Assembly (NCBI GenBank): GCA_963814545.1
Contig: CAWFDC010000011.1
Coordinates: 208,928-272,927 of the forward strand
DNA: 64,000 nucleotides
Direction of reading: 5' to 3'
DNA from: an uncultured Thermoleophilia bacterium
Lineage (GTDB): Bacteria > Actinomycetota > Thermoleophilia > UBA2241
Shown here in pieces: positions 37,992 through 46,719 of the stretch (positions within the stretch are counted from its first letter, which is position 1; each line of letters starts with the position of its first letter). The notes under the pieces were generated by a model. It saw only the letters and a program-made list of their open reading frames with translations. It ran no database searches and had not been told where the DNA came from. The position numbers and the translations under genes are program-made.

Positions 37992-39287
37992 AGGTTCCTC
38001 CTGGAATCCGGGGAGGTCTTGCCGCCGTTCGACGGGTCGACCCTGTCGTCGAAGTACACGGCCGGCGCTGGTGGGCGCAGGCAGTGGGGCATCTGCATGG
38101 CCTGGTTGTAGCCTCCGACGTTGATGCAGGCGACGATCTCACCCTCCTCGACCTCCGGGAATGGGTAGTCCTCGGCCCAGAGGTCGTCGCCCTCGTTGAT
38201 GTGGCCGGTGATCGTGGTCGCCACGGTGCGTGGGGCATCCGCGCGCCCGCAGACGACGTACTCGAACGGGGCGTCGTAGATGAAGCGGTCGTTCATGACG
38301 TTCCAGCCCATGTCGAGGCCGACGAAGCGCGAGCCCATGCGATCCTCGACCGTCACGACCTCGCCGAGCAGGACGGCCGCCTCCTTCACGAGGTAGTCGC
38401 CGGGTTCGACGATCACGGTCACGCCCAGGGCGGCGAGGTGCTTCGCCAGCATCGCCGCCCAGGCGTCCACGTCGAGAGAGACGTCGCCCGGCTGCCATGG
38501 GCACGCCGAGACCACCGCCGACATTCAGGTTCTGTATCGGGCAACCCTCGGCGCGTGCGGCGCGGACCATGGCGGCGGCACGCTCCACGGCGACTTCGAA
38601 CGCTGGCAGAGCCTCCGTCAGGTACCCGTCGCCGACATGGAAGTGGACCGTATCGACGATGAGTCCGTGGCGCCGGGCCAGCGCCACTGCCTCACCCAGC
38701 TGCTCCGGGTAGATGCCGAACTTCGTCGGGCGGCGACTGCTGTAGAGCGACTCGTTATCGCCGCGCCAAGCCGCGCCGGCGCGAGGGTTGACCCGCAGCC
38801 CGATGGTGCGACCCGGCGCACGCCTGCCGACACGCGAGATCTGGGTGAGGAGGTCGAGGTTCAGGTGCACGGCGTGCGCGAGGATGACGTCGAGATCGCG
38901 ATCGCTCAGATTGGTGCCCGTGTAGCTGATCTCGCCCGCGTGCCAGCCGTGCTCGAGGCCGTGCAGCAGTTCTCCCGGCGAGCAGACGTCGAGGCCTACG
39001 CTCGCGGCCGTGCCGGGCGCGCCGAGGGCGCGCACGAAGGCGAGCACTTCTGATTCGCGTTGTGCCTTCAGGGCGAGAAGCACCCGGCGCCGCAGGCCGG
39101 CCCGTTCGAGAGCGACCTGCAGCGAAGCGACCTGATCGCCGACGCGCTGCAGGTCGAACACGTAGACCGGCGTCCCCTGGGTGCGCGCGATCGACTCGGC
39201 GTCGCGGCCGGCGACCTGAAGCCGCCCGTCGCTCACTTCGAGACCGGGTCGCACCCAGAAGTCGCGCTCGCCTCCCGTGACGGCCAT
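37988..39287 (-). CDS. PLP-dependent Orn/Lys/Arg/DAP decarboxylase (fold-type III), one frameshift near 38508
   Basis: The N-terminus from ATG 39287 (RBS GGAAGGA) runs ...HFHVGDGY...NLNVGGGLGV. It then continues in another frame as PWQPGDVSLDVDAWAAML...EYVVCGRADA...CINVGGYNQAM (37988..38524 ORF). The junction has an extra C in a CCC run. Confidence 0.65.
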
Positions 39288-39334
39288 GCGTGGTAGCTCC
39301 TTCCCTGTGAACGCTCTTCACGCTAGAGCACAAG

Positions 39335-39353
39335 ACTGTCGACTGTCAACAAC
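39335..39353. promoter_or_regulatory. Operator-like site G: GACTGTCGACTGTCAACAA
   Basis: It lies 48-66 bp upstream of the decarboxylase ATG. Confidence 0.5.
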
Positions 39354-39443
39354 TGGCCCAGACGCGCCTCCCGCGTTGGAGCGATGCGCATCGCGCGCAC
39401 GACAGGACGGCCGTCATTGACGACGCAGCCGCTCGTTTTGTAG

Positions 39444-39462
39444 ACTGTTGACCGTCAACGGC
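39444..39462. promoter_or_regulatory. Operator-like site H: GACTGTTGACCGTCAACGG
   Basis: It lies 20-38 bp upstream of the larA-like ATG at 39482. Confidence 0.5.
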
Positions 39463-39481
39463 ACTGAGAAGCAGGGGAAGA

Positions 39482-40790
39482 ATGCCGCCGAACGATAGTG
39501 CGCAAGCCCTCGACGTACTCCTCGACCGAGCGGCTGCCCTCGCCCTGGATTCCGGCTGCGAGGTGAAGCGAGAGCTGCTGGAGAGTCCGCCTCCGCTCGA
39601 TACGCCGTCCGCCGTCAGGAGAGAGCTCGGAGCCCCGACCGGGTCGTCTCGCCTCGCGAGCCTGGCGCGTGGCCGCAGGCGGGCGGCCATCGTCACGAGC
39701 GACTCGACGCGGGCGGTGCCGAACCGCGAGCTGCTTGCTGGCGGTCCTGGACGAGCTCGCGCGCGCGCGGTCTCGCGGCCGAGGCCGTCACGCATCGTCG
39801 TCGGCGGCGGAGCGCACCGGCCGCTCGACCGGCGGGAGTTGCGCGACCTGGTCGGCGTGGAGCTCGAACGCACGGTCAAGGTGGTGGCCCACGACGCGCA
39901 CCGCAGCGACTGCGTCTCCGGTCGGGCGGACACCGCTCGGCAACGACGTGCGCATCAACCGGCGCCGTCGCCGACGCCGACCTGGTCATCGCCCTCGGTG
40001 TCGTCGAGGTCCACGAGTTCGCGGGGTTCACGGCAGGACGCAAGTCCATCCTGCCCGGAGTGGCCGCCTACGAATCGATCATCCACAACCACAGTCTGAC
40101 GCTCCTGGAGCACGCCGCGGCCCGCCCCGGCGTCCTCGCGGGCAATCCGATCCACGAGGAGATGGTGGCTGCCGCGAGGGCTGGCTGCGCTGCGAGTTCG
40201 TCGTCAACGTCGTGCTCGACGGACGCAATCAGGTGGTCGCCGTGGCCGCCGGTGACCCTGAGGCCGCTCACGGGCGGCTCGTCGAGTTCGTGCGCGCGAC
40301 GCAGACCCTGTCCACGACGTTCTGAGGCCGACATCCTCGTCACAGGCCCGGATCGTCCGCTCGACATCAACTTCTACCAGTCCGTCAAGTCGCTGGTCGC
40401 TCTCGAGCCGCTCGTTCGCGACGACACGACAGTGGTCTTGCTCTCGAGTCTGTCGCGAGGGCATGGGGAGCGACGAACTGCTGACTCCGTTCGCGCACGC
40501 CGGAAACCCGCAGGCCGTCATGCGAGCGGCGGCCGACGACTACACGGTGGAGAAGGATCACAGCTATCTCCTGGCGCGGTTCATGACTCGCGGGCCCCAC
40601 GTCGTCGCCTGGTGCCCGGGCGTCGCTCCAGATGACCTGCGGACGATTGGCCTCGAGGTCAGCCTCCACTCCGGAGGAGGCGATGACGCGCGCCGTCGAG
40701 CGGCAGCGGCTCCACCGCACGCGCCCGCGTGCCCTTCTCTTTCCCCGACCTCAGCGCGCGCTCTGCCTCGCTTGCCTCGTCTCGGATCAC
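39482..40790 (+). pseudogene. LarA-like (lactate racemase / DUF2088 family) gene fragmented by four or more frameshifts; 3' end approximate
   Basis: Pieces in several frames: RRAAIVTSDSTRAVPNRELL, VLDELARA, IVVGGGAHRPLDRRELRDLVGVELERTVKVVAHDAHRSDCV, EVHEFAGFTAGRKSILPGVAAYESIIHNHSL...GNPIHEEMVAAAR, FVVNVVLDGRNQVVAVAAGDPEAAHGRLVEFVRATQ and ADILVTGPDRPLDINFYQSVKSL...GSDELLTPFAHAGNPQAVMRAAADDYTVEKDHSYLLARFMTRGPHVVAWCPGV. Confidence 0.45.
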
Positions 40791-40819
40791 ACGTCAATCC
40801 CACCCGAAGGATGTCGTCG

Positions 40820-42130
40820 ATGAAGACTTCGATCACCGCCGTCCACGCCCGCCAGATCCTCGACTGCCGCGGCTACCCGACCGTCCAGGTCGACGTCTGG
40901 GCCGGCGCCGCGCCCGGCGAGCCCGGCGCCTTCCACGGCCGCGCCGCAGTACCGTCCGGTCGCTCGACCGGCGCCGCCGAGGCCGTCGAGCTGCGCGACG
41001 GCGGCACCGAGTACCGGGGCTTCGGCGTTACCCGCGCCGTCGGCAACGTCAACGAGGTCATCGGTCCGGCCGTGGCCGGCCGGGACGTCCAGGACCAGGC
41101 CGGCCTCGACGCCTTCCTCTGCGACCTCGACGGCACGCCTCGCAAGGCCCGCCTCGGCGCCAATGCCCTCGCCGGCGTGTCGCTGGCCGCGGCGCACTGC
41201 GCCGCGGCCGTCCGCGGCCTGCCGCTGCACCGCTCGCTGAACGGGCGCTCGCGCGTCCTCCCCGTGCCCCTCATCAACCTCGTCGGCGGCGGTCGCCTCA
41301 CTTCCAACGACCTCGCCTTCCAGGAGTTCATCATGATGCCGGTCGGGGCGCGCTCCTTCGCCGCGGCCATCCGCATGGCCAGCGAGTGTCACATGGCGCT
41401 CGAGGAGATCGTCGTCTCGCGCTACGGCAAGCTCTCCGCCAACACCGGGGACGAGGGCGACTTCGCGACGCCCATCGTCGACGTACGTGAGGCGCTCGCC
41501 GTGGTCCACGAGGGCGTCGCGGCTGCGGGCTACGCCGACGACGCCGTCTACGCCCTCGACTGTGCCGCGACCCACCTCTGGGACCCGGCGAGCGAGACCT
41601 ACGCCGTCGGCGGGGAGCGACTGTCCACCGCCGCGATGATCGACCTCTACCGCGAGCTCGTTCGCGACTTCGGCATCGCCAGCATCGAGGACCCGCTGCA
41701 CGAGGAGGACTGGGAGGGTTGGGCCGAGCTCACCGCGGCGCTGCCCGACACCCAGTTCGTCGGCGACGACCTCCTCGTCACCGACCCGGCGCGCGTGCGC
41801 CGCGGCGTCGAGGCGGGCGCCGGCAACGCGCTGCTCTGGAAGTTCAACCAGATCGGCACCCTGACCGAGGCCTTCGAGGCCGCGCACATCGCCGTGGGGT
41901 CCGGATGGGGCGTGTGCGTCAGCGAGCGCTCGGGCGAGACCGAGGACCCGAGCATCGCCGACCTCGTCGTGGCGCTCGACGCCGGGCAGATCAAGACCGG
42001 CTCGCCGGTGCGCGGCGAACGCACGGCCAAGTACAACCGCCTGCTCGAGATCGAGGAGTGGCTCGGGGCCGACGCGGTCTACGCCGGACGCGAGTTCCGC
42101 CATGCCCCGATCGCGGCGGCCGGCGACTGA
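40820..42130 (+). CDS. eno: Enolase (phosphopyruvate hydratase) paralog
   Basis: MKTSITAVHARQILDCRGYPTVQVDVW...AAVPSGRSTGAAEAVELRDGG, then SERSGETEDPSIADLVVALDAGQIKTGSPVRGERTAKYNRLLEIEEWLG, are canonical enolase N- and C-terminal motifs. The 437-aa ORF is intact. Confidence 0.8.
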   Translation: MKTSITAVHARQILDCRGYPTVQVDVWAGAAPGEPGAFHGRAAVPSGRSTGAAEAVELRDGGTEYRGFGVTRAVGNVNEVIGPAVAGRDVQDQAGLDAFLCDLDGTPRKARLGANALAGVSLAAAHCAAAVRGLPLHRSLNGRSRVLPVPLINLVGGGRLTSNDLAFQEFIMMPVGARSFAAAIRMASECHMALEEIVVSRYGKLSANTGDEGDFATPIVDVREALAVVHEGVAAAGYADDAVYALDCAATHLWDPASETYAVGGERLSTAAMIDLYRELVRDFGIASIEDPLHEEDWEGWAELTAALPDTQFVGDDLLVTDPARVRRGVEAGAGNALLWKFNQIGTLTEAFEAAHIAVGSGWGVCVSERSGETEDPSIADLVVALDAGQIKTGSPVRGERTAKYNRLLEIEEWLGADAVYAGREFRHAPIAAAGD

Positions 42131-42131
42131 C

Positions 42132-43488
42132 GTGGTGCGCTTCGAGGACGCCGCCGGGCTGACCGGGCACGGCCGCGAGGCCCTGCGCCGCGACGCGCTG
42201 GCGATCGCGGCGCAGGCTCTCGCCGCAGTCGACCCGGTGGCGGCGGCGCGGCGTCTGCTGCGCGTCGAGGGCGACGTGCTGCACATCGGCGACGACGCCT
42301 ACGACCTCGGCGGCCGCGACGTCTACGTGCTCGGCGCCGGCAAGGCGACGATCGGGCTCGCCGCGCTGCTCGACGAGCTCCTCGGCGCGCGCCTGCGCGC
42401 CGGCGCCGTCGTCGTCAAGCGCGGCCAGGGCCGCCCGCTGCGCCACATCGAGGTCATGGAGGCCACGCACCCGGTGCCCGACGCGGACAGCCTGCGCGCC
42501 GGCGAGCGCCTGCTCGAGCTCGCCGGGCAGACGCGGCCCGAGGACCTGGTGATCGCCGTCGTCACCGGCGGCAGTTCGGCCCTCGCCGTCGTCCCGGCCG
42601 AGGGCATCACCCTTGAGGAGAAGGCGACGACGAACCGGCTCCTGCTCGCCTCCGGCCTCGACATCGTGCGCATGAACGACGTGCGCAAGCACATCTCCCG
42701 CCTGAAGGGGGGACGCCTCGCGGCCGCCTGCGGCTGCGAGATCGTGAACCTCACCGTGTCGGACGTCGTCGGCGACCCGCCCGACTACTTCACCGACCTG
42801 ACGGCCGCCGACCGCTCGACGTTCGCCGACGCGACCGCGGCGTGCGACGCCGCCGGACTCTGGGAGCGGCTGCCGGCGGCCGTCGCGGCACACCTGCGCC
42901 GCGCCGACCCGGCAGCCGAGACGGTCAAGGTCCTGCCCCGCGTGCACGACCACATCGTCGCCACCTCTGGGATCATGTGCAACGCGGCCGCGGCGGCCGC
43001 ACGGGCCCTCGGCTACGCCGCCGAGGTGCTCACGCTCGAACTCGAGGGCGAGAGCGCCGCGGCCGGGCGGTGGATGGCCGATCGGCTGCGCGTGGCCGGC
43101 GCGGGCACCGCGCTGATCGCCGGCGGCGAGACGACGGTGACCATCGCCGATGCTGCCGGCGGGTCGCCGGGCGTGCCGGAGCAGACCGCTTTGGGCGGCC
43201 CGAGTCAGGAGACCGCCCTGGCCGGCGCCCTGGCGCTCGAGGGCGGCCCTGCCGCCTGCCTGCTCTGCCTCGACTCGGACGGCAGCGACGGGCCGACCGG
43301 GGCCGCCGGCGGATTGGTGGACGACCTGACGGCGGAGGCGGCGAGGGCGGCGGGCAGTCGACCTGCCCGCCGCCCTCGCCGCCCATCACGCCGGCCCCGT
43401 GCTGCGCGCGGCGGGCGACCTCGTCGTCACCGGACCGACCGGGACGAACGTCAACGACCTCAGGATCGGCCTCACCGCCAGGGACTGA
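42132..43488 (+). CDS. Glycerate 2-kinase (MOFRL family), one frameshift near 43350
   Basis: ALAVVPAEGITLEEKATTNRLLLASGLDIVRMNDVRKHISRLKGGRLAA matches MOFRL. After ...LTAEAARAAG the frame shifts to VDLPAALAAHHAGPVLRAAGDLVVTGPTGTNVNDLRIGLTARD (TGA ~43488). Confidence 0.65.
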
Positions 43489-43506
43489 CGGCGGGCCGGG
43501 CCCGCG

Positions 43507-43854
43507 TCAGTACGCGACCTCGCTCGCTTCGGACGTCTCGACGGCCTCGTACAGGACCTCGAACGGCCCGCTCGTGAGGATCGACTGCAGGGTCTCGTAG
43601 CAGCGTTGCACGCCCTCGCTGCCGAAGAAGGCATCGTGGGCCTCGAGCGACTCCCACTCACTCTCGAAGACGAAGTGCACGTCGCCGAGCGCCGCCTCGC
43701 GCCCCTCGTCACACAGGGCGCTGGCCAGCGGCGACATGCCGAACGAACGCAGGACGCGGTGACCGAGGTGGCCCGGCGCCTGGCGCTGAAGGCTCGAGAG
43801 CTCGTGAAGGACCCGGTCGCTGCGGTGCTCGGTGCCCTTGCGTACGCTGAACAT
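43507..43854 (-). CDS. Small ABM/Dabb-like (antibiotic biosynthesis monooxygenase fold) protein
   Basis: The approximately 115-aa ORF begins MFSVRKGTEHRSDRVLHEL...HDAFFGSEGVQRCYETL. Weak family call. Confidence 0.4.
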   Translation of the reverse strand: MFSVRKGTEHRSDRVLHELSSLQRQAPGHLGHRVLRSFGMSPLASALCDEGREAALGDVHFVFESEWESLEAHDAFFGSEGVQRCYETLQSILTSGPFEVLYEAVETSEASEVAY

Positions 43855-44136
43855 GGTCTGCCCGATGATCATCCCGCCCGCTCCTTCGATGGCATCGTGT
43901 CTAGCGTTTTCCCGCGACGGGGTGGAATGACACGGAGAGAGAAGCCGCAGGCGTGCTCAGAGCTGACAGCGTCTGGACCTACGCCGTCTCACCGGACCCG
44001 GGGCGGAAGGACCGGGGGTGCGCGCAGGCTCGCCGGAGACCCTGCGCAGGGATCGACCTCGGCGCGCGACCGCGCGCGACGGAGCGACCGACCCGACGGG
44101 CGTGTCGAACCGGCAGGAGCCGCGCTCGAGACGCGC

Positions 44137-44592
44137 TCAGCGTGCGGTCGCCCGCAGCGCAGCGAGCAACGCCGCCGGCTTGAGGTCGTCGTCGCCCTCG
44201 CCCATCCACACGACCTTGCCGGCGCGATCGACGATGACGGCGAGCGGCGGCGCCTGGCCGGCGACGGCGCGAGCGGCCCCGTAGCCGGCCGCGGTGGAGC
44301 CGTCGTCGCGGACGATGGGGAACGGCAGACCCTCGACGGCCGCCGCGAAGGCCTCGGGGTCGGCGGAGTCGCCGCCGGTCACTCCGACGAGCTGGCCGCG
44401 CAGGCCCCAGAAGGCGGACGACTGCCGCGCCAGCGCCTTGAGCTGCGCCGGCGCCGCGGCCGAGTCGGCGGAGAAGAAGACCAGCACCGGGAACCAGTCG
44501 CCCCGGTACTCGTGCAGGTCGATGACGGTGCCGTCGAGCGCGGCGAGCGCGAGGGTCGGCGCTTGACGGCCGACGCCGAAGTCGTAGCCCAC
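44137..44592 (-). CDS. Thioredoxin-fold AhpC/TSA-like protein lacking the peroxidatic Cys
   Basis: The 151-aa protein has GDWFPVLVFFSADSAAAPAQL where peroxiredoxins have FYPxDFTxVCTTE. No Cys is present. Confidence 0.5.
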   Translation of the reverse strand: MGYDFGVGRQAPTLALAALDGTVIDLHEYRGDWFPVLVFFSADSAAAPAQLKALARQSSAFWGLRGQLVGVTGGDSADPEAFAAAVEGLPFPIVRDDGSTAAGYGAARAVAGQAPPLAVIVDRAGKVVWMGEGDDDLKPAALLAALRATAR

Positions 44593-44949
44593 GAGGACCT
44601 CCTGCCGGCGCGCAGCCGGCCTCCGGATTGCGCCCGTGAGTCTATCAAAGGCCGTCGCCCCTCAGCGGACGATCACCTCGGCGTGCAGCGACTCCCGCTC
44701 CGCATGGAGCGGGCACGCGCAGGAGTACGCACCGGGTCTCTCGAACGTGCGCCCGAAGGACTCGCCGCTTCGCAGGGTGCCGCTGCCGAAGGTCTGGGTC
44801 GTCGCGGAGGACGCGCCGGCACCCCTCGGTCGAAGTCACCATGTGCGGAACGCCGCGATCGTTCGCCCACGTGGCGGTCGTCCCCTTCTCGGCGCCGGGG
44901 GCGGGCGGCGCTCCCGCGCCGCCCGCCCCCGCCAGGCGTCCTGCCGTCC

Positions 44950-45495
44950 TCAGAACGTCCTGTAGTACTGCTTCGTCGCCGCGCACACAGGGCACTTGTC
45001 GGGCAGGTCGCCGATGACGGTGTGCCCGCAGATCACGCACACGCTGACCGGCTGCTCGTCGACGTCCTTGCCCTCGAGGGCGCGCCCGCGCGCCTGCTCG
45101 TACATCCACTTGTGATCCATCTCGGCCTTGCGCGCGAACCTGAGGCTCCGTTTCGCCTGAGCCTGCTCCTGCGTGACCGCGATCTCCTCGTAGGCCGGAT
45201 ACATCTCGTCGACCTCGAACGACTCGCCGTCGAACGCTGCCTTCAGGTTGTCCGCGGTGCCGCCGATGCCCCCCATCACGCGCAGGTGGTTGCGCGCGTG
45301 CCGGGTCTCGGCGAACGAGATGGCGCGGAACAGCTTCGCGATCTGCGGCAGGCCCTCGTCCTCGGCCTGCTCGGCGAAGACGAGGTACTTCTCCGCCGCC
45401 TGGCTCTCGCCGGCGAAGGCCGCGGCCAGGCTTTCGCGCGTCATGGCCTTGAGGCCCTCGGGCTTGGGAAGGCGCTTCTCGAACTCGGCGTCCAT
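44950..45495 (-). CDS. rbr: Rubrerythrin
   Basis: MDAEFEKRL...AFAGESQAAEKY...ETRHARNH (diiron ExxH motifs) and C-terminal rubredoxin-like CVICGHTV...CPVCAA. The ATG overlaps the upstream rbr stop (TGATG). Confidence 0.85.
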   Translation of the reverse strand: MDAEFEKRLPKPEGLKAMTRESLAAAFAGESQAAEKYLVFAEQAEDEGLPQIAKLFRAISFAETRHARNHLRVMGGIGGTADNLKAAFDGESFEVDEMYPAYEEIAVTQEQAQAKRSLRFARKAEMDHKWMYEQARGRALEGKDVDEQPVSVCVICGHTVIGDLPDKCPVCAATKQYYRTF

Positions 45496-46040
45496 CAGAA
45501 CTCCCTGAAGTAGGAGCCGTCGGTGTAGCACTGCGAGCAGTAGCCGGGGCGCTTGCCGATCACCGTGTGACCGCAGATGGGGCAGACGTAGACGACGCTC
45601 TCGTCGAAGTCCTTCTTGCCCTCGACGCCCTTCATCGTGCTGTCGTAGATGTCCTGGTGGTCCATCTCCGCCTTGAGGGCGAAGCGGATCGTCAGCTGCG
45701 CCGACTCGTTGCCCTGCAGCTTGGCGACGGCGGCGTACGCCGGGTACATCTCATCGATCTCGAAGGTCTCGCCGCCCCAGGCGGCCTTGAGGTTCTCCGC
45801 CGTCGTGCCGATCTGGCCGAGCACGCTGAGGTGGTTGCGGGCGTGCGTGCTCTCGGCGTACGCGACCGCCTCGAAGAGCCGCGCCACGTTGGGGTAGCCC
45901 TCTTCGCGGGCGACGGCGGCGAACGCGAGGTACTTCTGCGAGGCCTGGCTCTCGCCGGCGAGCGCCGCCTCGATGTTGCCCCGCGTCATCGCGCCGCGCT
46001 CCTCGGGCGGCGGGGGGGTGTTGAGGTAGGGGGCTTCCAT
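45495..46040 (-). CDS. rbr: Rubrerythrin (second tandem paralog)
   Basis: MEAPYLNTPPPPEERGAMTRGNIEAALAGESQASQKY...ESTHARNH...CPICGHTV...CSQC. RBS AGGAGG. Confidence 0.85.
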   Translation of the reverse strand: MEAPYLNTPPPPEERGAMTRGNIEAALAGESQASQKYLAFAAVAREEGYPNVARLFEAVAYAESTHARNHLSVLGQIGTTAENLKAAWGGETFEIDEMYPAYAAVAKLQGNESAQLTIRFALKAEMDHQDIYDSTMKGVEGKKDFDESVVYVCPICGHTVIGKRPGYCSQCYTDGSYFREF

Positions 46041-46178
46041 CGTCCTGTGCTCCTCCTTTCGAGGGGGCACGGCCGTCAGCGCGCGACAGACCCGGCCCCG
46101 CCGTAGTCGTTCACGCAGGTGCGGGCACCCATCGTACCAGCGGTCTTACGGTGCCCGGCCGGCGTCGCGACGCCGGCC

Positions 46179-46607
46179 TCAGGCGGCACGGCCGTGCGAC
46201 GGCAGCGCGGGGATCAGGCCGTGCAGGACCTCGTGGAGACGGCGCGGGCTCGCGTGGTCGAACAGTGCGTAGTAGATCCCCGGCGTCGACTCGCTGCGCG
46301 TCAGCTGGGCGAGATCGACGAGCACCCCGGCGTCGGCCAGCTCGTGAGCCTGCTCGCGGTCGATGGCGAGCAGGGCGGAGGTCGCCGGGTAGGCGGCGTC
46401 GCCGCAGAGCTCGGCGACGTCCGTGGCCGAGCTCCAGAGGGAGAGAGCGATCGGCACGCCGCCGGCCTCGCTGAGCACGAGGCTCACGCCCGGAGCGACC
46501 TCGTCGCTGAAGTCGAAGTGCCGGCGCTCCTGCCCGCGGGCCACGTCGACCGCCCGCTGCACCAGACGCAGCTTGTCCTGGAACTTGACGGGGACATGAC
46601 GTGCCAT
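46179..46607 (-). CDS. Hypothetical protein (~142 aa)
   Basis: ATG ~46607 follows GAGGAGGGA. The protein begins MARHVPVKFQDKLRLVQRAVDVARGQERRHFDFSDEV. No family recognised. Confidence 0.5.
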   Translation of the reverse strand: MARHVPVKFQDKLRLVQRAVDVARGQERRHFDFSDEVAPGVSLVLSEAGGVPIALSLWSSATDVAELCGDAAYPATSALLAIDREQAHELADAGVLVDLAQLTRSESTPGIYYALFDHASPRRLHEVLHGLIPALPSHGRAA

Positions 46608-46719
46608 CGATCCCTCCTCGCCTTCACCGCGACGCGGAGACCAAGCGGAATAGCCCTTCGCGTGCGGCCGCAACCTTCCCGCCCCCAGGGGCAGGCAAAC
46701 CGCGCGGCCGCAGGGAGCG

